A stretch of DNA of 63,839 nucleotides, filler included, from Sphacelaria rigidula (lineage: Eukaryota), in the NCBI GenBank assembly GCA_964200075.2. It is 11 parts of 11 records of this genome, joined end to end, with 100 filler letters (N's around TTAATTAATTAA, not from the genome) between each part and the next. Parts side by side here need not be neighbours in the genome. Positions count along the whole stretch, not along the records: positions 58,128 to 63,839 come from CAXNAA020025050.1; 10 more parts are not named here. The stretch is one strand, 5' to 3'. The notes under the pieces are model-generated. The model was not told the origin of the DNA and did no database searches. It was given only the letters and a program-made list of their open reading frames with translations. Positions 60,900 to 63,839 of this stretch are shown here, one piece after another (the first letter of the stretch is position 1; each line of letters begins with the position of its first letter). The position numbers and the translations under genes are program-made.

Positions 60900-62590
60900 T
60901 TTGGGCAACCGATAGATCCAGGTATTTCTCGACGTATTTCCGCCGCATTCAGGTATATAGTGTACGAGTAGCATAAGCTGGACAGATTTCCAGGCACGTG
61001 ATCGGTCGAACCGCCGCATACCCGAGCGTGGCGGAAAAGCGCTAGGTACACATGAACGTTTCATTTCAACAAAATTATGCGCTAATTTCTGAAAGAACCT
61101 GAACCTGGCGGAAATCAGACCTGAGGCCGTTTCTTCCGGTTCGTTTTTTCCCGTCGTATTTTGCAACAAATTATGAGGAAGAAATACTGCTAGGAAAGTA
61201 CGTTGAGAGATGTTGACCCTACCTTACGGTTTCAGATATATTTTTGAGGGAGGTGGGGTAACAAAAGAGCGGGCAGGTACCAAAGATACGGTCAGCGGAA
61301 TTCAAAGAGGTGTGCACGCCAAGGCTAGGTACAAAGACCTAAAGACTTCGCCATGCCAAGCTTCCTGCGTTGGTGTAAGAAGACGTGAAACATGGACCTC
61401 CCCCGATCGTTGTTGGCCCAGGTCGTACTGTGTGCAAACTGACATTTTCATCCTATCATACTGCCGTATACCGTATGCGGCAGTACAGACAGACAGGGGT
61501 ACTGTCTAGTAGTACTGTCTGTACTGCACTCCTCCACATCGGTTTTAGTGCAGTCGTTGTATGTTACCGTCTGCAACGTGACATGCGCGCATGTATACTG
61601 CCGTATGCGGCAGTACAGACAACACTGTACTGCTTAGTTCTGTCTGTACTGTACTGTCGAATGCGGCAGTACAGGCCTTTTAATACTGTCTGCGCTGCAC
61701 GTTGTCTAGATCCTTTTCGGCAGCCGTTGGATGCAGCATGGCAATGCGCATCCTACTGTTCAATGCGGCAGTGCAGACAGTACAGTACTGCCTAGTGTTG
61801 TCTGCATTCCACGTTGTCCACATATCTCACGATTTTTACTCCAGCCATGCGTAGTACTGTACTGTTGTGTACATCTACAATTCACTGCATGATACAGCAC
61901 AGACAGTATCCTGTAATCTCTGCGCTGGGTACTGTCTGTGCGGCAGATTTTCGAGAGCACGGTCGATCCCAATAGACGATAAACCCCTGGCGATATCTCG
62001 CGTACGCCGGGATGGCGAAGCGAAGTTTGGTCTAGTGTGTAAACGGCGCTGGGGATGTTCGACATTCCTGTCGGGAGAGCCGCGCAGATGGCGAAGGGCA
62101 CAAACATATTCAGGGCTGGCGGGTGATGCTAGTCTCGCCGCGTCTCGAATGAAGAATACAAGAGAAAAATACAAGTCGATCTCGTCTTGTATTAAAAAAA
62201 AAACACAATCCAGGAGGGCCCATCTCGTAAGATGTTCCTCGTCTTGTATTTTTTCCCGAGAATCTTGTGAAAATATGAACGGTGAGTAGGCATCTTGTAT
62301 ATTTCCCTCGTTTTTTTTTCAAAATACGAGGGGAAAAAACAAACCAGAAGAAACGGCGTGAATGTGGCAAATTCCAAGGAGATGAAATGCTACATGCTAG
62401 TCCCTCCAAAAGCTGCAAAAAAACGATGGTCGTGCACTTTTACCTAGCACATTTCCCATCACACACTCAGGTATGTGGCGGTTCGACTAATCATGTAGCT
62501 GGTTATCTATCCGACTTTGTGCTACCCGTGCACTACAATATGTAAGCTGGCAAAAACACGTGGAGGTATACCTCGATCTGTCGTTTGCCC
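60900..62590. repeat. Two diverged inverted copies of a repeat (60900-61165, 62320-62590) around a CAGTAC-rich low-complexity tract
   Basis: GTCGAACCGCCGCATACCCGAG..GCTAGGTA vs TACCTAGC..CTCAGGTATGTGGCGGTTCGAC. GGCCGTTTCTTCCGGTTCGTTT is shared with 37523. Confidence 0.55.
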
Positions 62591-63740
62591 CTTATTTGTT
62601 CCCGCCTTTTTTATATTCTGTATTGAGACCGGTCTTTCGTGTTCTTCTCCTTTCCTTTCCATTTTCTTCCTGCTTTTCCCCCGCTTCATCTCTCGTTTTT
62701 GTCCATTTTACGTCATTTGATCCGTCTATCTTCGTTCGTCGTTCCCCCCGTTCTCGAGTTCCCTGCAGCGAGTATTTCCATTTTGTGTACCACGGGTACG
62801 TCTATTTGGTGACCACAGCTGGACCCTCCCGAGATCAGTCAATGTGTGATGACCAAATCGAAAGAGATCGAGGGGGGCGTACTCATTTGTTGCTTGCCTT
62901 AGTCGTTTGACCATTGAGATCGAGGGAGGGCTATCTGTCTTGCCCAGCCAGTACTTTGTCTTCGTTTCGACCCATCAACAACACGAACTTGGTGAGTCCG
63001 CCTCTGGCATGATGATTCAAATCTTTGATCGCCATGGTGATTCATGTGTTAATTTGGCACTCTCTTGAATAATGACCCCAGGCCCAGATGACCCGTCCAG
63101 CTGTTCAGAGGGTCAGGGCTGGGAAACGTGTTCCGAAGCTGCGATCACTACAGAACCGTACGAAAATTTTAACGGTACATTGCTTTGTTGAACGGTAGGT
63201 CGTGCGACCCGGAGGACCGCAGGACAAGTGGATCGCCCAGCTCTGGCTGCGCGAAAGCCGCTACACACCAACGGTGCCCAAGGGAAACCAACACGGCCCC
63301 GCTGAATCGATCGTGACCGACTTTGATCAAGCATGGCGGAAACGAATGTTGTCGCGATGAAAAAATATCTTCAGTTTTCGTCGTTCGTGCTGCATCGCGT
63401 CAGCTCGGTAAATGTGCCACACTCAACACGTTTTCCCGCGATTTCATGCGACACTGTTGCGATACACGCTGTGAGCTCGCTAGGTGGGTAAGTGTGGGTG
63501 GCACAGACAAAGCTTGACGTGAGCAAGTGTGTTGCTCTTTCCGCATCTACTGCATTCCAGTGCATCAACATAAGAGTAACAACATCGTCGTATCGTTGTC
63601 GCGCTAGTATTAATATATATCATTGCATTGTGGCGCGTTACGCGGCCATCGGGAGACGGCGGGGCAGGGGGGGGGGGCGTACTCATTTGTTGCTTGCCTT
63701 AGTCGTTCGACCATTGACCACGCATACCTTTCGAGACGGC

Positions 63741-63771
<31 letters not shown>

Positions 63772-63839
63772 TTTTTTTGCTTTCCTTGCAAATCTGCCCG
63801 TGGACCCCCCTCCCCAAATCGGAGGGGGGGGGGGGGGGG

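Overview
Eukaryotic, intron-rich, repeat-rich genomic DNA. It is most consistent with a brown alga or related stramenopile; this is an inference from GC content, GT-AG introns, gene fragments and TE types. The window is not one locus. It is 11 unrelated contigs of 5,712-5,713 bp joined by 100-bp linkers (44 N + TTAATTAATTAA + 44 N), so no synteny should be read across linkers. Recognisable genes, all partial: (1) six exons of an RNF213/mysterin-like AAA+ ATPase; (2) a gene built from five tandem exons that each encode one six-cysteine module, behind a polybasic propeptide-like exon; (3) a five-exon coiled-coil gene with intact tRNA-Leu(AAG) and tRNA-Ala(AGC) genes nested antisense in its introns; (4) the last exon of a PCO/ADO-type thiol dioxygenase; (5) the last exon of a CaMKII association (hub)-domain-like protein. 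The rest is mostly mobile DNA: a decayed Ty1/copia element lacking its RT core, Ty3/gypsy 3' ends (one with an 88-bp tandem array), an RLE-type LINE remnant, tRNA-derived SINEs, and MITE families with 8-bp, TA and 4-bp target-site duplications, including nested insertions.
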